Below are positions 1 through 14,950 of a stretch of DNA of 64,000 bases, one piece after another. This DNA comes from the human T2T-CHM13v2.0 reference genome, Homo sapiens. Each line of letters starts with the position of its first letter. Positions within the stretch are counted from its first letter, which is position 1. The stretch lies in the NCBI RefSeq assembly GCF_009914755.1, contig NC_060927.1. One strand, given 5' to 3'. A model generated the notes under the pieces. The model worked only from the letters and a program-made list of their open reading frames with translations. It did no database searches and had not been told where the DNA came from. The position numbers and the translations under genes are program-made.

Positions 1-489
1 CATCCGCTTTATTTTCTGTTTTGTAGAGTAGGTAAAGGTAAGGAGACGGGCTTGCTCATTTGCAAGGCTATTCTGTGATGCAGGGTTCTGAGTACAGGAT
101 TCCTTATTTGCAGTCCAGTGCTCTTCACTTTATACCACCAAGTCACCAGAGTCTCAGGGCCTGTCTTCTGTATCGCAGAAAACAAATCAAGGATTAGCAA
201 CACTGAATCTTAATTCTTGAAGTTCTAACAGGAAAATTATGTTAGTCTTGCTACATATCGTAGGCATATTTTGTCCAAAATGAGAGTAATCAGGGAGGAG
301 AAGAGGCTGCATCTTACTGTGTCCTGATGGGTGATACTTCCGTGACTATCTCCATCACCAGTGAGCAGATTTCCAGAAGTCATAGTTCAAAACGATGAAG
401 AGAATTACACATTTTCAGAAAACATTGTACATTCTTTGTTAACTTTTCCACTTGTAAAATAATTTGTTTTCAGACATCCAGGTCCTTTC

Positions 490-670
490 TCCATGATTTA
501 CTGCGTTGGTGACATTAATCAGCGTGGTTATCTTGGAGCCTCATTTCCCCTTGGGTAAAATGGAAGGATAACATTGGCAATCATACAGACGTGTTGTGTA
601 GAAAGGAGTAAGAAGCATTTTGGAAGTGGCAAAGTGGCAATAATCCCCTGTAAGACAGTAGCTGTTTTTA
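490..670 (+). mobile_element. MIR fragment
   Basis: MIR core-like GCCTCATTTCCCCTTGGGTAAAATGGAAGGATAA. Confidence 0.5.
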
Positions 671-1232
671 AGATCACTGAGCTCTCAAACACTGGCTTTT
701 TCTGCCTCACACTTTCTAGATTTGTAAGACTTAATCTGAAAATATCTTTGCTATTCATTATGTATAATTGTAGGGCTTTGGATTTAAAAAATCCTAATTC
801 TGTTATTTCCCTGACAATAACAAATTATTCTCATCTAATTTTCTCTTATGTGAAATAAGACATACACCCTAGTTACTTCCATGCCTAATATGATTGACAA
901 ATCTATATGTTATCTGAATTGTGAATATATTTTCATACATATAGAAGTACATGTGTGTATTTCTTGAAATCTAATGGTCAATATACACTAACCAGTTATT
1001 TCTGGGATTTTGGGAACAGGCTTCTTTCTATACTTCTCTACTTATCTTTAAATTTTCTCTAATGAGCCTACTTTGCTTTTGTTTTACATACAGTAATTAA
1101 TATATTTATAAATGTATGTATACTATATATTTTAATAAATTTATATAAGTATATGTATGTATATACATATGTTTTGCAAGTAAAAAAACTTTAGTAATAA
1201 ATATCTACAAAGGCAAATTAAAAACTATTACA

Positions 1233-1504
1233 TTTTTTCTCCCTCCCTTCCTTTCTACTGTTTCCCTCCTCTCCTCTCTTTGGTTTCCTTCCTTCCTTTG
1301 TTCCTTCCTTCCTTCCTTCCTTCCTTCCTTCCTTCCTTCTGTCCTTCCCTTCCCTCCCTCCCTCCTTCCTCCCCTCCCCTCCCCTTCCTTCTTCTTTCTT
1401 GCCCTTTCTTTCTCTCTCTCTCTTTTCCTCTCCCCCTTCTGTCTTCCTCTCCCCACCTCCATCTCCCTCTCTCTCTCCTCCCTCCCTGCCGCCTTCCTTC
1501 TTTC
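1233..1504. repeat. CT-rich low-complexity tract including (CCTT)n
   Basis: About 270 nt of almost pure pyrimidine on the + strand. Confidence 0.95.
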
Positions 1505-3234
1505 CAGAAAGTCACTAACCAGAATCTTTCACACAATAAACTGTGAAACCTAGATCTTAAATGTACTACAGTAGAAAAAGAGATGAGATTTTTGAAAGAT
1601 GATGGCTTGTCCTTGTCTCTGTACTTGAATCTATCTCAAAACAAAGATATAACTATTGTTTTTAATAATAATTTCAATATAGAGTGACCATCCTTGCCTA
1701 CTACCCTGAAGAGAGAGAGCATTTACACATAAGACTGGTGGTTGCAGTAAACCCCTTTCAAGTGGAGTGGCCACTATGGTCCTTCCTCTTCCCTTCCTTC
1801 CTTTCATTCCCTTGCCCTTTCCCCACTTTCCTTCTCTTCCTTTCCTTTTTTCTTTTAAGGTTCATAAAATCTTGATTGGCCTCCTTCCTAGCAGCCAGGA
1901 GTTTGGGTCCCTAATAGCTAAAGCTTATATACTTTATTTTCTTCTTTCTCCAGATGGCTGTGGCTATGAATTTTACTCCCCATCCCAGGACTACCCCTGC
2001 TATACTGACACTAATTTTCATTTTATAATACTGTCTTCATCAGTCCATGCTATGCTACTAGTTTTAGTTATTATAATATTAACTTAATCCACAATGAAGG
2101 CGACAGGTTTTTTTGTGTGTCTTACTTTTTAAAGGGGAAATATTATCTCTCACTTTAAGGAAACTAACTTTAGCAACTCATTCCCTCACTTTTTTTTTCT
2201 TTCAACTTGATTTGTTCAACTAAGGAGACCACATTTAGTACTTGCTAGCTGAGACTTCTGTTCTACAATTCTGAGTTAGTTCCTCATCCGTCCGACCCTC
2301 TCTCCCCGTGGTGCACTGAGTCACAATGTGATCACCAGCTGCATGTGCTGCTATTACACACAACACATTGGCTAGCAGAGGAGCCAGGATTCAGCCTTGG
2401 AAGTACTTTCAGGCAAAGGTGAAGACCCTTTCCCCACTCTAAGCATCTTTCAGTAGTTTAGTGTAGCTGATATTAATGTTATAAATGGTCATTCCTAATC
2501 CTGTCTCAGTTCCAGCCCAGATGGAGTTTTGATTTTAGAAAATCATTCAGTGAAATGTATTTCCTGTGCCTGGTAGTCATTGATCACTTACCAAAAAAAA
2601 AGGGGGTAGTGGGAGACTAAAAATAAACTTATGATAATTCACATACACTTAACCTTTACTGACTAATACCAAAAAGGGAATGAAGCAGGCTCTGCTGACC
2701 AGCACTTGCAGATGGATTCCAGGAACGTGGCTAGAGCTGCCAAAGCCATCGCTGAATCCTGCCAAAAGCATCCCAGGGGATTTTACTAAGGGTGGGGAGA
2801 GCAGGGAACATGGAGGTGTGTGTGTGAATTTGTTTTAAAACTCTCTCAACACTGAGCAGTGGGAAGAACACTGGGAAAAAAGGTCGGAAAGTGACATTCT
2901 AGACTGGGTTCCACCCAATCTCTATGACACTGGAAAAGTAATGTGTCCTCTTTGGAACTTCAGGTATCATGTGAACAATAAGGGTGTCATATTAAGGTCT
3001 TAACATGTTGAAATGTTAAAAACATTCTGTAATTACTTAAATTATTTCAAAACAGAAAGATCATACATGTTCATCATGTTTCTGTGTTAACTGGACAAAA
3101 CTACACTAAAATTAAAGAGCAATAAAAGCAATCGTGTTAAAATTTTATTTTTAAATATAGTACTTCTAGTAACTGAATATCTAACTTTATTAACAATTCT
3201 AAATCTCGCTTTTTTTTTTTTTAAACCCCAGTGA

Positions 3235-3612
3235 GGCTGGGCACCGTGGCTCACACCTGTAATCTGAGCTCTTTGGGATGCTGAGGCGGTATGATCCCAT
3301 GAGCACAGGAGTTTGAGACCAGCCTGGGCAACATAGTCAGATCCTGTCTCTACAAAAAGTTTTTTAAATAGCCAGGATTAGCCAGGCATGATGGCATGCA
3401 CTTGTTGTGTCAGCCACTCTCATTGGGGGTTGGGGGGGTTGGGGGTGGGCTGAGGTAGGAGGCTTGCTTGAGCCCAGGAGGTAGGAGGTCAAGGCTACAG
3501 TGAGCCATGACTGTATCACTGCACTCCAGCCTGAGCGACAGAGCAAGACCCTGCCTCTAATTAAATAAGCAAATACACACACACAACACACATATATAAA
3601 ATAAAATAAAAA
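3235..3612 (+). mobile_element. Alu (AluJ-like) with an internal G-rich expansion
   Basis: GGCTGGGCACCGTGGCTCACACCTGTAATC start; AluJ-type CCTGGGCAACATAG and GCCCAGGAGG..TCAAGGCTACAGTGAGCCATG; degenerate TSD AAACCCCAGTG / AAACCCCAATG. Confidence 0.93.
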
Positions 3613-4289
3613 CCCCAATGTGTTAAGATCTCAGGTTTAAACCTCGGCTTATACAAACCATAGTACTACCGTGCAATAACTGAATTGACAAGGTACCAAC
3701 ACCTATTTTAACCAGAAAAATAACATAATTGTGTTATATTTTCCATGAGAGTCATACTCTTGAAATTAAGTATTTTCTCAATAGAATTGTTTCTCAATTA
3801 AAAAAAAAAACTTACTCAAAACATTTAGTATTTAATTATAATTATAGGCAGATAAAATTTATAAAAGATTATCAGTAAGATCAAGAACCTCTGCCTCTTT
3901 AATCATGTTTTTCTCTACCTTTTGCTGGTCTCTTCCTGATTTTGATGACCTCATTGTCTATACGAGTATTAAGACATTTGGGGTAGCTTTTTATGTTGTG
4001 TACTTTCTTTCCTTCTCCTTATGAGATGGCTGACACCTTCTAAAGGATTCAGAGAGTTTCCATCTTATTGAAAGGTCCTTATGAAAATTCACTGGTAGTG
4101 TTCTCAGCTTATACTAGGAAGGCATGTTTCTTCAGAAGCAGTATTTGTTGTATTTAGGGTGGGAATCATTATGTAGCAAGAGTGGTCTACATATTGGTCT
4201 TGCAGCAACATCAGCACCCCTTATGAATGGTTTGTTTCCCACCAAAAGTCAAAGATTAGCCTATATGATGGATGATGGCTACAGAAAAT

Positions 4290-4687
4290 AGTGCCAGAAA
4301 AACAGAATCAGTAGAAGATATATATTAAGACATTAATTGGGAAGGAGTAGCTTGCATGATTTTGTGGGCTGGCTAGGCAATCTAACATCTACAGATTAGG
4401 CAATTAGGAAGGGCAGGCTGTAACTCCGTGGCATGAGATGAAGCTACTCGCCACAATGAGAATTCCTTCTTCTTTAAGGAATCCTCAGCTCTACTTCCAA
4501 GACCTTTCAACTGATTGAATCAGGCTCAACCAGGTTATCTAGTGTACTCTTCATTACTTAAAAATCAACTGATTAGAGGCTTTAATCACATGTACAAAAC
4601 ACCTTCCCAGCCACATCTAGATTGGAGTTTGATTGAATAAATGGAGACTTTAGCCTGAAAAAATTAACACACAAATGGACCATCACA
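4290..4687 (-). mobile_element. MLT2-family solo LTR (ERVL)
   Basis: CCTTTCAACTGATTGAATCAGG motif and terminal ...ACCATCACA (TGTGATGGT on the - strand). Confidence 0.75.
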
Positions 4688-5149
4688 GGAGGGTAGTCTT
4701 TTTCTACAGAATTTAAATCTGTGGTAGAGAAGCAACAGATACCTCAGGGCAAAAAAAGTCCAGGAAGAGCATAAAGGTTCAAGCAGAACCATGAGAATGC
4801 CAGCATTGTCGTTGGAGATGGTGACTGGAAGTGATGATAGGTCTAGGGAACAGTAAATGTGGACAGACTGGCATTTTACCTCGGGCACACTTGGACCTGG
4901 ATAGGCTCCACCAGTCTGCCCTGGAAACAGAACCACAGTGGGTCAGACAGTCTTTTGTATTAGTTTTAAATACAGAGTTGATTGTCTCTCTTGCATTCTT
5001 AACTTGCAATTTAGTACTGTTTATATTCTGCTTGAAGGTTAGAGACATTCGACTAAATGGTCTTTTCTCCACATTGCTGTCATTCATTAATGTCCTGGTC
5101 CTGGACTTTACTCATTGACCACAGGACAAGTGGCTCAACTCTCTCCTGC

Positions 5150-6625
<1,476 letters not shown>

Positions 6626-6634
6626 CCTTATTCC

Positions 6635-6790
6635 TGTAGTATAAGACAGTGATTAGGAAAACAGGCTCTGAAGTCAAATAGAAATGAGTTTGAATCTCAT
6701 ATAACTATGTGATCTTGGACAAAATAACCTTTTTTGGTTTGTTTTCCACGTGCGAAATAGGAACAGTAATTGAACTTTTCTTTTTAGATG
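6635..6790 (+). mobile_element. MIR
   Basis: CAGGCTCTGAAGTCA...GAGTTTGAATCTC...TGTGATCTTGGACAA. Confidence 0.7.
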
Positions 6791-7199
6791 TTGCATACCT
6801 CTCTGGTATACATGAAGAAGATGTGTAGTATCTCATTCCCACCCCGCTTATGCACCATGCTATAGTCACACACTGCCTTTGCTCTGATCCCCAGAGACAT
6901 TGAGCCACCACTGGAGAGTCACATGATATTGTTTTTAGCCTGGAACATTGTTCACTACCTCAGTCTTTTATTGCCTTGTCTCAACATAGACGCCATTTCC
7001 CTTAAGACATTTTCAGCACACTCCTCTGGTATAATTTAGTTTAAATGTCCTTGCTGTGTTCTCCTGTGTTTTTCTCCTTGAACTTCCTAATCCTTACACC
7101 TTCCACCCTGCAAATGATCATTATCTCACTGCCTCTCCCAAATGATAACCTCTTTCCACCCATTTTAAGTTCCATGAGGACGATGACCATTGACCCGGA

Positions 7200-7290
7200 C
7201 CGCGTTGTTAAACTTCTTAGTCTCAGCTGCCAAGAGCTTAGCACAGTGTCTAGCAGAGATCGGACACTCAGTAAATATTTGATGAATGTT
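7200..7290 (+). mobile_element. L2 3' end
   Basis: CTTAGCACAGTGTCTAGCA...CACTCAGTAAATATTTGATGAATG. Confidence 0.7.
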
Positions 7291-8101
7291 TATAGTGTGA
7301 CTGTCTCGCCAGTGCACATACAACAAAGTGATCCCATCTTTCCTTCTGTATCATAAAATAGAATTTTCTTACCTCTGTAATTTCTCCCTAGGAACCAGAC
7401 TGCTTCTAGAGAGCTTCTTCACAAAATCAAATTAATTGGTATTTTACAAGGAGGGAAAGCCCCAGGACAAGTCCCTTCTCTTGACCACAAAGTTCTGTGT
7501 TTCTCATCTTTCCTCTTGATGTCTTGGTTTCAGCAAAGCAACATTTCTATCCCTGCCCCCTGCTCCCCCATAATCCTACAAATGTACTATAGATATGTGT
7601 AAGTACTACATCCCCAATCAAGTACAGCGTTTGGCCTCGGGTGGGAGTCAAACAGCAAGCTGATTTTTAACATTACTTGGAAGAAATTTTCTAGGTATAT
7701 AACTGACAAACATTCATGGAGAGCTACTTCATTTTTCTGTCAAGCTTTTGGGGGATTTTTTTTAATAGTTCTGCACTTTGAAAGAAAGTTCACAATTTTT
7801 AAAAGGAAATGTGGCCCTTTTCATTAGCTCCTTTTACCTCATGCTGAGTCATGGATGAGAGAGAATTTGTAGGCGGGTGAGCTGCAGGAAAAGTAATACT
7901 GTCATTTACACTTGCAGGCTGTTATGCTTTCCAGAAAACTTTTTCCGTAGGTTGCGAAAGTGATTAATCTGCTGTTAAAACTGACAAAGAAGGTTCTCTG
8001 ATAAGAGAAAGAATTAAATGAGGAATTTTTCTTTAAAAAGTAAGCGCTTCTTTCCCATTTTAGATTAGAAAAATAAGTTTAAATGTTTCTTTTAATTTTA
8101 G

Positions 8102-8103
<2 letters not shown>

Positions 8104-8138
<35 letters not shown>
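8104..8138. repeat. (GT)n microsatellite
   Basis: Perfect dinucleotide run. Confidence 0.98.
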
Positions 8139-8140
<2 letters not shown>

Positions 8141-10194
8141 GTTGGCCATGACTTAATACAATCTCAAGCCATTTTCTATTTAAATTATGTTTTTTTACTT
8201 ATTGGCATGGCTTATTCCTCATGCTGTATATCTAAATTATTCATTTCTACATCCTGTTCCCTTGCTTGTCTCTCTTTCTTCTTCTTTTTTTTTCCTTTCA
8301 TTTTCTTTATTTGGGTCTTTTCAATACTTTCAACATCATCTTACTTCGGAGCCCCAGATCTCTTCTTTTCTACCAACCTTTTTTGAAACATTAAAACTGG
8401 TGAAGATGGCCTGAGTTCTCTCTGTGATATAAATTTATCCCTCCCTGAAAAATTCCATTCATGTAACATTTTTATAACACTTTTTAAAACTTGGATGAAA
8501 GTTTTTTCATGTAGTTGAAATGAAGCATCACTGCCTAAAGCGTTTAGAAATTTTTTTACTGTTGGTTTTAAGAAATTACTCTAGGATTTCCACTGAGGAC
8601 TGGCAAGTATTGGTGAAGTTTGATCTCTCAGAGCTCATGTTTCAGATGGCAACTTAAAGGGACAAATAAATAAGTCAATCACACGGCATAATCTAACTTT
8701 AATATGATTCTGCAGAGAACCAGTGACTCATTTAGAGAAATCAGAGTCCTCAGAAAGGTGGAAAACATGTTAGAACTTATTAAACTTGTTGCCTTTAGCA
8801 TGTCAATGCCTTGTTTTTATAAGAAGATTCAATGGGTTGTTAAAATGCACTGTCTTAACCCTCTCCCCTTTGTATTTTTCTACTCTTAAGATGCATCATT
8901 TTATGTTGGGATCTATCAGTTTATTTTACTTGTTTTTCCTTCTTCCTCTCCTTATTTTGAAGGCTGACTTCTGAGCTTGAGCCATATCCTTGGCAACTGA
9001 ATGAATTCATGGGGAGTATAGTAGAAAAGATTTTCTCACAACTCTGACAGCACTGCCCCCTAGTAAAAAAGGGAAGAGACAAAGAGAAATGGTCCCTTCT
9101 GCAACTGAAGGGACCAGCACAGGGGACTTGGCATTCTTCTTTTAGTCCTAAAGCTTAGACATACATACTGCTTTCGCCCCTGGGCTACAAATACATGTTT
9201 TAAAATTCTGAAGTTGAAAACGTCAAAACCATTTACAATTAAAAACCTGCTATTACTGTATATTTATACAGGTATTTCATAAGGGAAAAAGTAGAAAACA
9301 TGTAAATGTATTTGTTTTATGTCTGAAGTTCCAAGATTATTTCTGTTTCTTTACTGAATGTGTTTGAAATATATGCAAACACACATGTAAACATACCTGT
9401 ATATTTATGTACAGATATAAGTCTACATGGAGACCAGCATTTTTAGATAACACTGTTTTACAGGCTGTGCATCCATCTTTAAGGTGCTATAGCATAAGGT
9501 CTATGACTGCATTTTGTAATAAAAGATGGCAGGCTTTCTGGAAAGGGTCTCTTTGGGGCAGGAAGAGGTGTGAAGATCTTTTGCATTCTACTTTTAAAGT
9601 ACAACAAGTTAAATTGCTACCAGATACATTAGCTTTATGGAGGTTTGTTTCCATTTTTATAGCAAAATCAAATAACTTTTAAATCAGAGGAAAAAAATAT
9701 TCTTTTGTTGTTTTTATTTTTGTTGTTGAGATTGCCTGTTTTACGTTGAGTGCAGTGTTTTTCAGGTGGAAACATATTGGTTTGACATTTTAAGAGGAAA
9801 ATGTTCTATATGTAATATGAAAGAGTCTTTTTCTTAACTAAATGCCAGCAACAAAATTTAAACCAAAAAATGTAGTAATGAAACAATGGTAATGAGATAT
9901 GATTATGGTTTAGTGAGAGAAAAAAGCCCTGCAGGGAACAGTACAAGCACAGTAAATTATGAATTGCTACTAAATAGGCCTCATTAGTCCACTGTGGACC
10001 ATGTTTAATTGATATTAGAAAGGAGTCTGGAAAACTTTGGAAAGTACATGTAAGACAACTTGCTGTTAAACTAATAAAAGTCGTTAGAGTGTCTGTTTCA
10101 AAAATTAGTAATTATTAATTGTGTGTGAGGGTCCTCAGGCAGCACCCATTTTACTAAAACATGCTTAGAGAAAAGATATTTCTATGAGAAATGA

Positions 10195-10586
<392 letters not shown>

Positions 10587-11714
10587 CCTTAAGTGTTGTT
10601 TTAAAGAAAGTTGGCGCTCTACTGAAGACTGGAGCCCAAGAAGACATTTATAGGGATTGTTTATTTTCATGTTGTTACTACACTCCATGGTCTGCAAAAC
10701 CAGAGTGCCAGATGTTAAATTCTATCAGCATAATGCATCTTTAATTAAATATTATATACGCCATACAATTAATAATGTGGTCTGTTTCCAAAACTTTATT
10801 AAGAAATTACCATAATTTTGTATAATAGGCTAATAAAAAGGCACTGTACTTTGAAACAGCCTTTCATAAAGTGGTTATATGATTTGTATCTGTTGAATTT
10901 GGAATTTAGATTAAGAGATTGTGGGCCAGAATTATCTGATGCAATGTACTCAGGACTTTAAATAAGTTGCGAATCTTGTAGGGTCTACTATTATTTGGCT
11001 TCCTTTAAAATAAAATAGGTTTCTTATTTGTCGATGAGCTCACTCTTTAAGAGGTTTAGGGAATAACTTACCTACTCGCTTTGTGTCCCCCAACCCTACT
11101 TTGTAAAAACCTCAAACAATACAAAACATGATAATTCCAAATATACAGTACATTGGGCTATGATATTTCTTAATGAATGGAAAGTCATGCATCTGGTTCT
11201 GTGGTCATCATTGATGTTTTAATTTTCACAATGTGTTAACCTGATACTTAAATTCCCCTAGTTGTCCTGTGAAGAAAGAATTTTAAATTCACATTTCACA
11301 TGCAGACAAACTCTGATATTTAAAAATAATAGTTATCTTTTAAACTGAGATCCTATGTGGATATGGAATAGCGTATACAGCTCTGACAATAGGGCTTCAG
11401 TAAAATAACATTTTGCAAGCTGTGTTTTTCAAGACAAAATGTCACCCTCAGCTAAACAGAAGTAATTTGCATCAGAGGTGTGTGTGTCCTTACTCTTAAT
11501 GAAAAAACGGTCCCCTCTCTTCAGAAAGTATTTGCTATCTCTACAATGTATTATTTTCATCACTGTGTCCCTCCCCTGCCCTTCTTATGCCCTAATATTT
11601 GTCCCTTAATTCTATTAAATTAGTTGTCAACTAAAATTAAAGGTAGATGTTATCCTTCACAATCTGTCCTGGTCTAATTTTTCAGTCTTGATTCGTCTTC
11701 TTTACTTTATGGAG

Positions 11715-11925
11715 TGTAGAGGTGGCTAACAGAACAACTCTGGAGCCACAATGTGTAGATTCAGATACCAACAGTAGCTTATGCTGAAACCTGGGTCAAA
11801 TTACTTAAGCTCACATACCTCAGTTTCCTCATCTACAAAATGAGGATAATAATAGGTTCTTCCTCACTTATATGTAAAGCATTTAAATAAGGACTAGTAG
11901 ATCGTATGTACTAGCTGTTATTAAA
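11715..11925 (+). mobile_element. MIR
   Basis: Core CCTCAGTTTCCTCATCTACAAAATGAGGATAATAATAG. Confidence 0.85.
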
Positions 11926-13516
11926 TTCTGCCACATTTGTTTGTTCTCCATACACACCTTAGCCTTTTGTCTATGTCTCTGTTCACATTGTTTGCTGGAA
12001 ACAGGATCCACCCTTCTCCTCCAAGGCCAGTGTATGTGTGTCCACAAACACACAGCCATCCATGTGTTGTGATTCCACGCACCTCCGAAGATACGGCTCA
12101 GAGAGCCACCCTCTGCTTGCCAGATTGAGCATAGTTCATCTGGAACTTTCATACACTTCTCTGTCTTACTTAGCATTTGCAACTATACTTTATAGTTATT
12201 TTCAAGTTTATTTTGCCTCTTTTGCTGGTGTGTGAACTTCTTGAGTCCATGGACTTCCTGTGATAAATTTCTCCCTACTACAAAAAGCTCAGTGCCTTGT
12301 GCTGAGCTGCTGTGCTTAGTAATAGATAGGGGAGAGGGTGTTTTTTTATATCTATATACATATATATGTACATATATATGTACACATAATTTGATATACT
12401 TTTGAGTGTACATGATGTGGTTCCTTATTTTTGCATTAAGCCTATCACTTCCGGGCATTGGCAAAGATCTGAAAATTAAAAGGAACACAAATAAGAAATG
12501 CATTTAGTCCATTTAAGCAACATGTGAGTTCCTCTTACTGAGTTTCTTCCCTAATTTAGATCTCAAGTTTTGCAAAAGAATGACAAATTCCTTTATTTAA
12601 AGAAAAATGAAAGCAGATCTGTTACCTTCTGTCCTATGAATGCCAATTCTCTATCCTGGATAATTAGATAAATAAGATATTTATAAGCGTATGGTTTATG
12701 CACATAGACATGAAGCTCTCAATGCCTGCATGATTTTCCTGTCATGCTCATGTGGGTTAAAGCCCAATAGATGTATTTTGAAAACTCGAATGCCAGTATG
12801 TCTTTAAAAAGATTATATCCTGAAATAAAGTTTTAACATCCTGTATCCTATGATAAAAGTTATTTTGCATTTTTTTCTTTACCACTGAAAACTTGCGAGG
12901 CTCAAAGTAGTTTAATTTTTATATATTGAAGCTACTCATTTGCCATATTTTAAAAGCAAATCATAAAACATGGTAATTGGTAATTTCACAAATTTTATCA
13001 GGGAATATTTTATTATTACATTTTTAAAATAAAACCTGTAGATTTATTTAAAAAGCATATTTTGAACTAAAGACCTGAAATGTGTAGCTTGTGTAGCTCC
13101 ATTTGAAAAGATGAAGGTTTTGCTATTGTTTGCAACAGTTTTGCCTGATTTTTGTTTTCCCCTTTTGCTCTGTTTTTGTAGTTCAGTTTGTTGCAGCATT
13201 GTTGTCATGTCTAATTTTTGTTTACGTTGCACTGCACAGCACTCTTTCGTATACTTAAGTAACCTTTCTTGTTCTGCACTGCTGAATGACAGCTCATTTA
13301 TTCTAGGGTGGTAATTGCAGTGTAGCAGACCCAGGTGAGCAATGTAAAAAGTTGAAGCAGATAAAATGTATGATTTCTTTTATAATGGTATTGTGTGCTG
13401 TGTTCTCCTCATATAGATGCTTTTTGTTTACATAGAGAATATCTAGGAACAATCTACATGTTCTTCAAGATCTTTTAAAATAAATACTCTTTCATTTTTA
13501 AAAAAGATGTATTCTT

Positions 13517-13811
13517 GGCCAGGCGCTGTGGCTCATGCCTGTAATCCCAGTACTTTGGGAGGCCGAGGCGGGTGGATCACTTGAGGTCAGGAGTTTGCGA
13601 CCAGCCTGGCCAACATGGTGAAACCCTGTCTCTACTAAAAAATACAAAAATTAGCCGGGCATAGTGGCACATGTTTGTAATCCCAGGTACTCAGGAGGTT
13701 GAGGCAGGAGAATCGCTTGAACCTGGCAAGCAGAGGTTGCAGCGAGCTGAGATCGCGTCACTGCAATCCATCCTAGACAACACAGCAAGGCTGTGTTTAA
13801 AAAAATAAAAA
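13517..13811 (+). mobile_element. Alu (AluSx/Sz-like)
   Basis: GGCCAGGCGCTGTGGCTC...GATCACTTGAGGTCAGGAG...short A tail. Confidence 0.96.
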
Positions 13812-14799
13812 GACATAATTGCAAAAGAAGTATTTCACTTCACCCTTTATTATAGGACAGACCACAGTGCAAGCAAGAAGATAAATGGTTAACTTACAAC
13901 TGACCTCTGATTGGAGAATACTAGAGAGTGGTGAAGACTGTGGCAAGCAGGAGGGCTCACCAACCTCCCAGATTTAACCCAGGCTGCATGTAGGAATGCA
14001 GACCCAGTGTTGCTAGGTCTCTGGAATTAAGTTATATTTAACTAGCCTGTGATCTCTAAGGCCTTCAATTATGAGGTTCAGCACCACTGGAAAACTGAGT
14101 CAGTTTAGTGCTTTATTTCACAAAGGCAAATTGATGGTCCTTTCTGACCCTAAATTCCCAGTTTTACTTAAACTATTTAGACAAATCTAAGAAGTGTGTG
14201 AAATAAATACAGTGGAGCTTGAGGATTTTTGTTGTTGATTTTCTGTCCTTTTATATTTCCTCCTTCCCTCTGAGGGTTCACATAGGAGCCTCCACAGCCA
14301 GAGGATTACTTTCAGAATTGGAGGCAAGATTATTTCTTGGAATTTTGGTCTGAGGAAAAATTATTTAGGTCACTTGGACACTTATGTTGTGCTTTCCCAC
14401 AAAATTGTCTAGCATTTTCTTTAAGACATATGCATGACCACTGCCCAAACGAAATAAATCACCCTTTCTCTTAAAGGATCCAGACTATTAAATATGAAGA
14501 ACATCAACTAATTTGACTAGCAGAATGTAGGCCTTCAGTGTTAACATAGCCTTTTTCTGTTATTGCATTTATCTGCCTTTGTTCTGAAGCCCCAGTCTAG
14601 TACCTTTCTTAATGCAGATCTCTTTGAGCATAATGTTTCCATTAAACCAGCCAGTGGATCTCATTTGCTCCATACATATTCATATTAGGAAATATTATTG
14701 TACAAAGTAAAAGATGCTAGTAAAAGATATGCTGGAACAACATTTCTGACAGTATTTGTTCTGTAGTTAATGCTCTGGGAGCCTTTTTCCTTCAAACTC

Positions 14800-14950
14800 T
14801 CTATTCCTAGTTAGGGCCTCATCATTTCTTGCCTGGATTATTGCAGTAGCTTCCAGGCTGGCTTCCTTTATGCCCTTCATAAGCATATGGCTGCCAGATT
14901 AATATTTTTTTCAACACAGCCCTGATCCTGTCATTCTACAATTGAGTTCC
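14800..14950 (+). mobile_element. L2 fragment
   Basis: CATCATTTCTTGCCTGGATTATTGCAGTAGCTTCC. Confidence 0.65.

Noticed and set aside
1205-1546. R/E/G/K-rich and L/P/S/F-rich ORFs (also 47856-48210 and 36416-36680)
   Set aside because: Translations of low-complexity or microsatellite DNA.
9090-9116. Perfect 10-bp hairpin TGGTCCCTTC-N7-GAAGGGACCA (similar one at 58442-58466)
   Set aside because: About one such stem is expected by chance in 64 kb; too short for a pre-miRNA.
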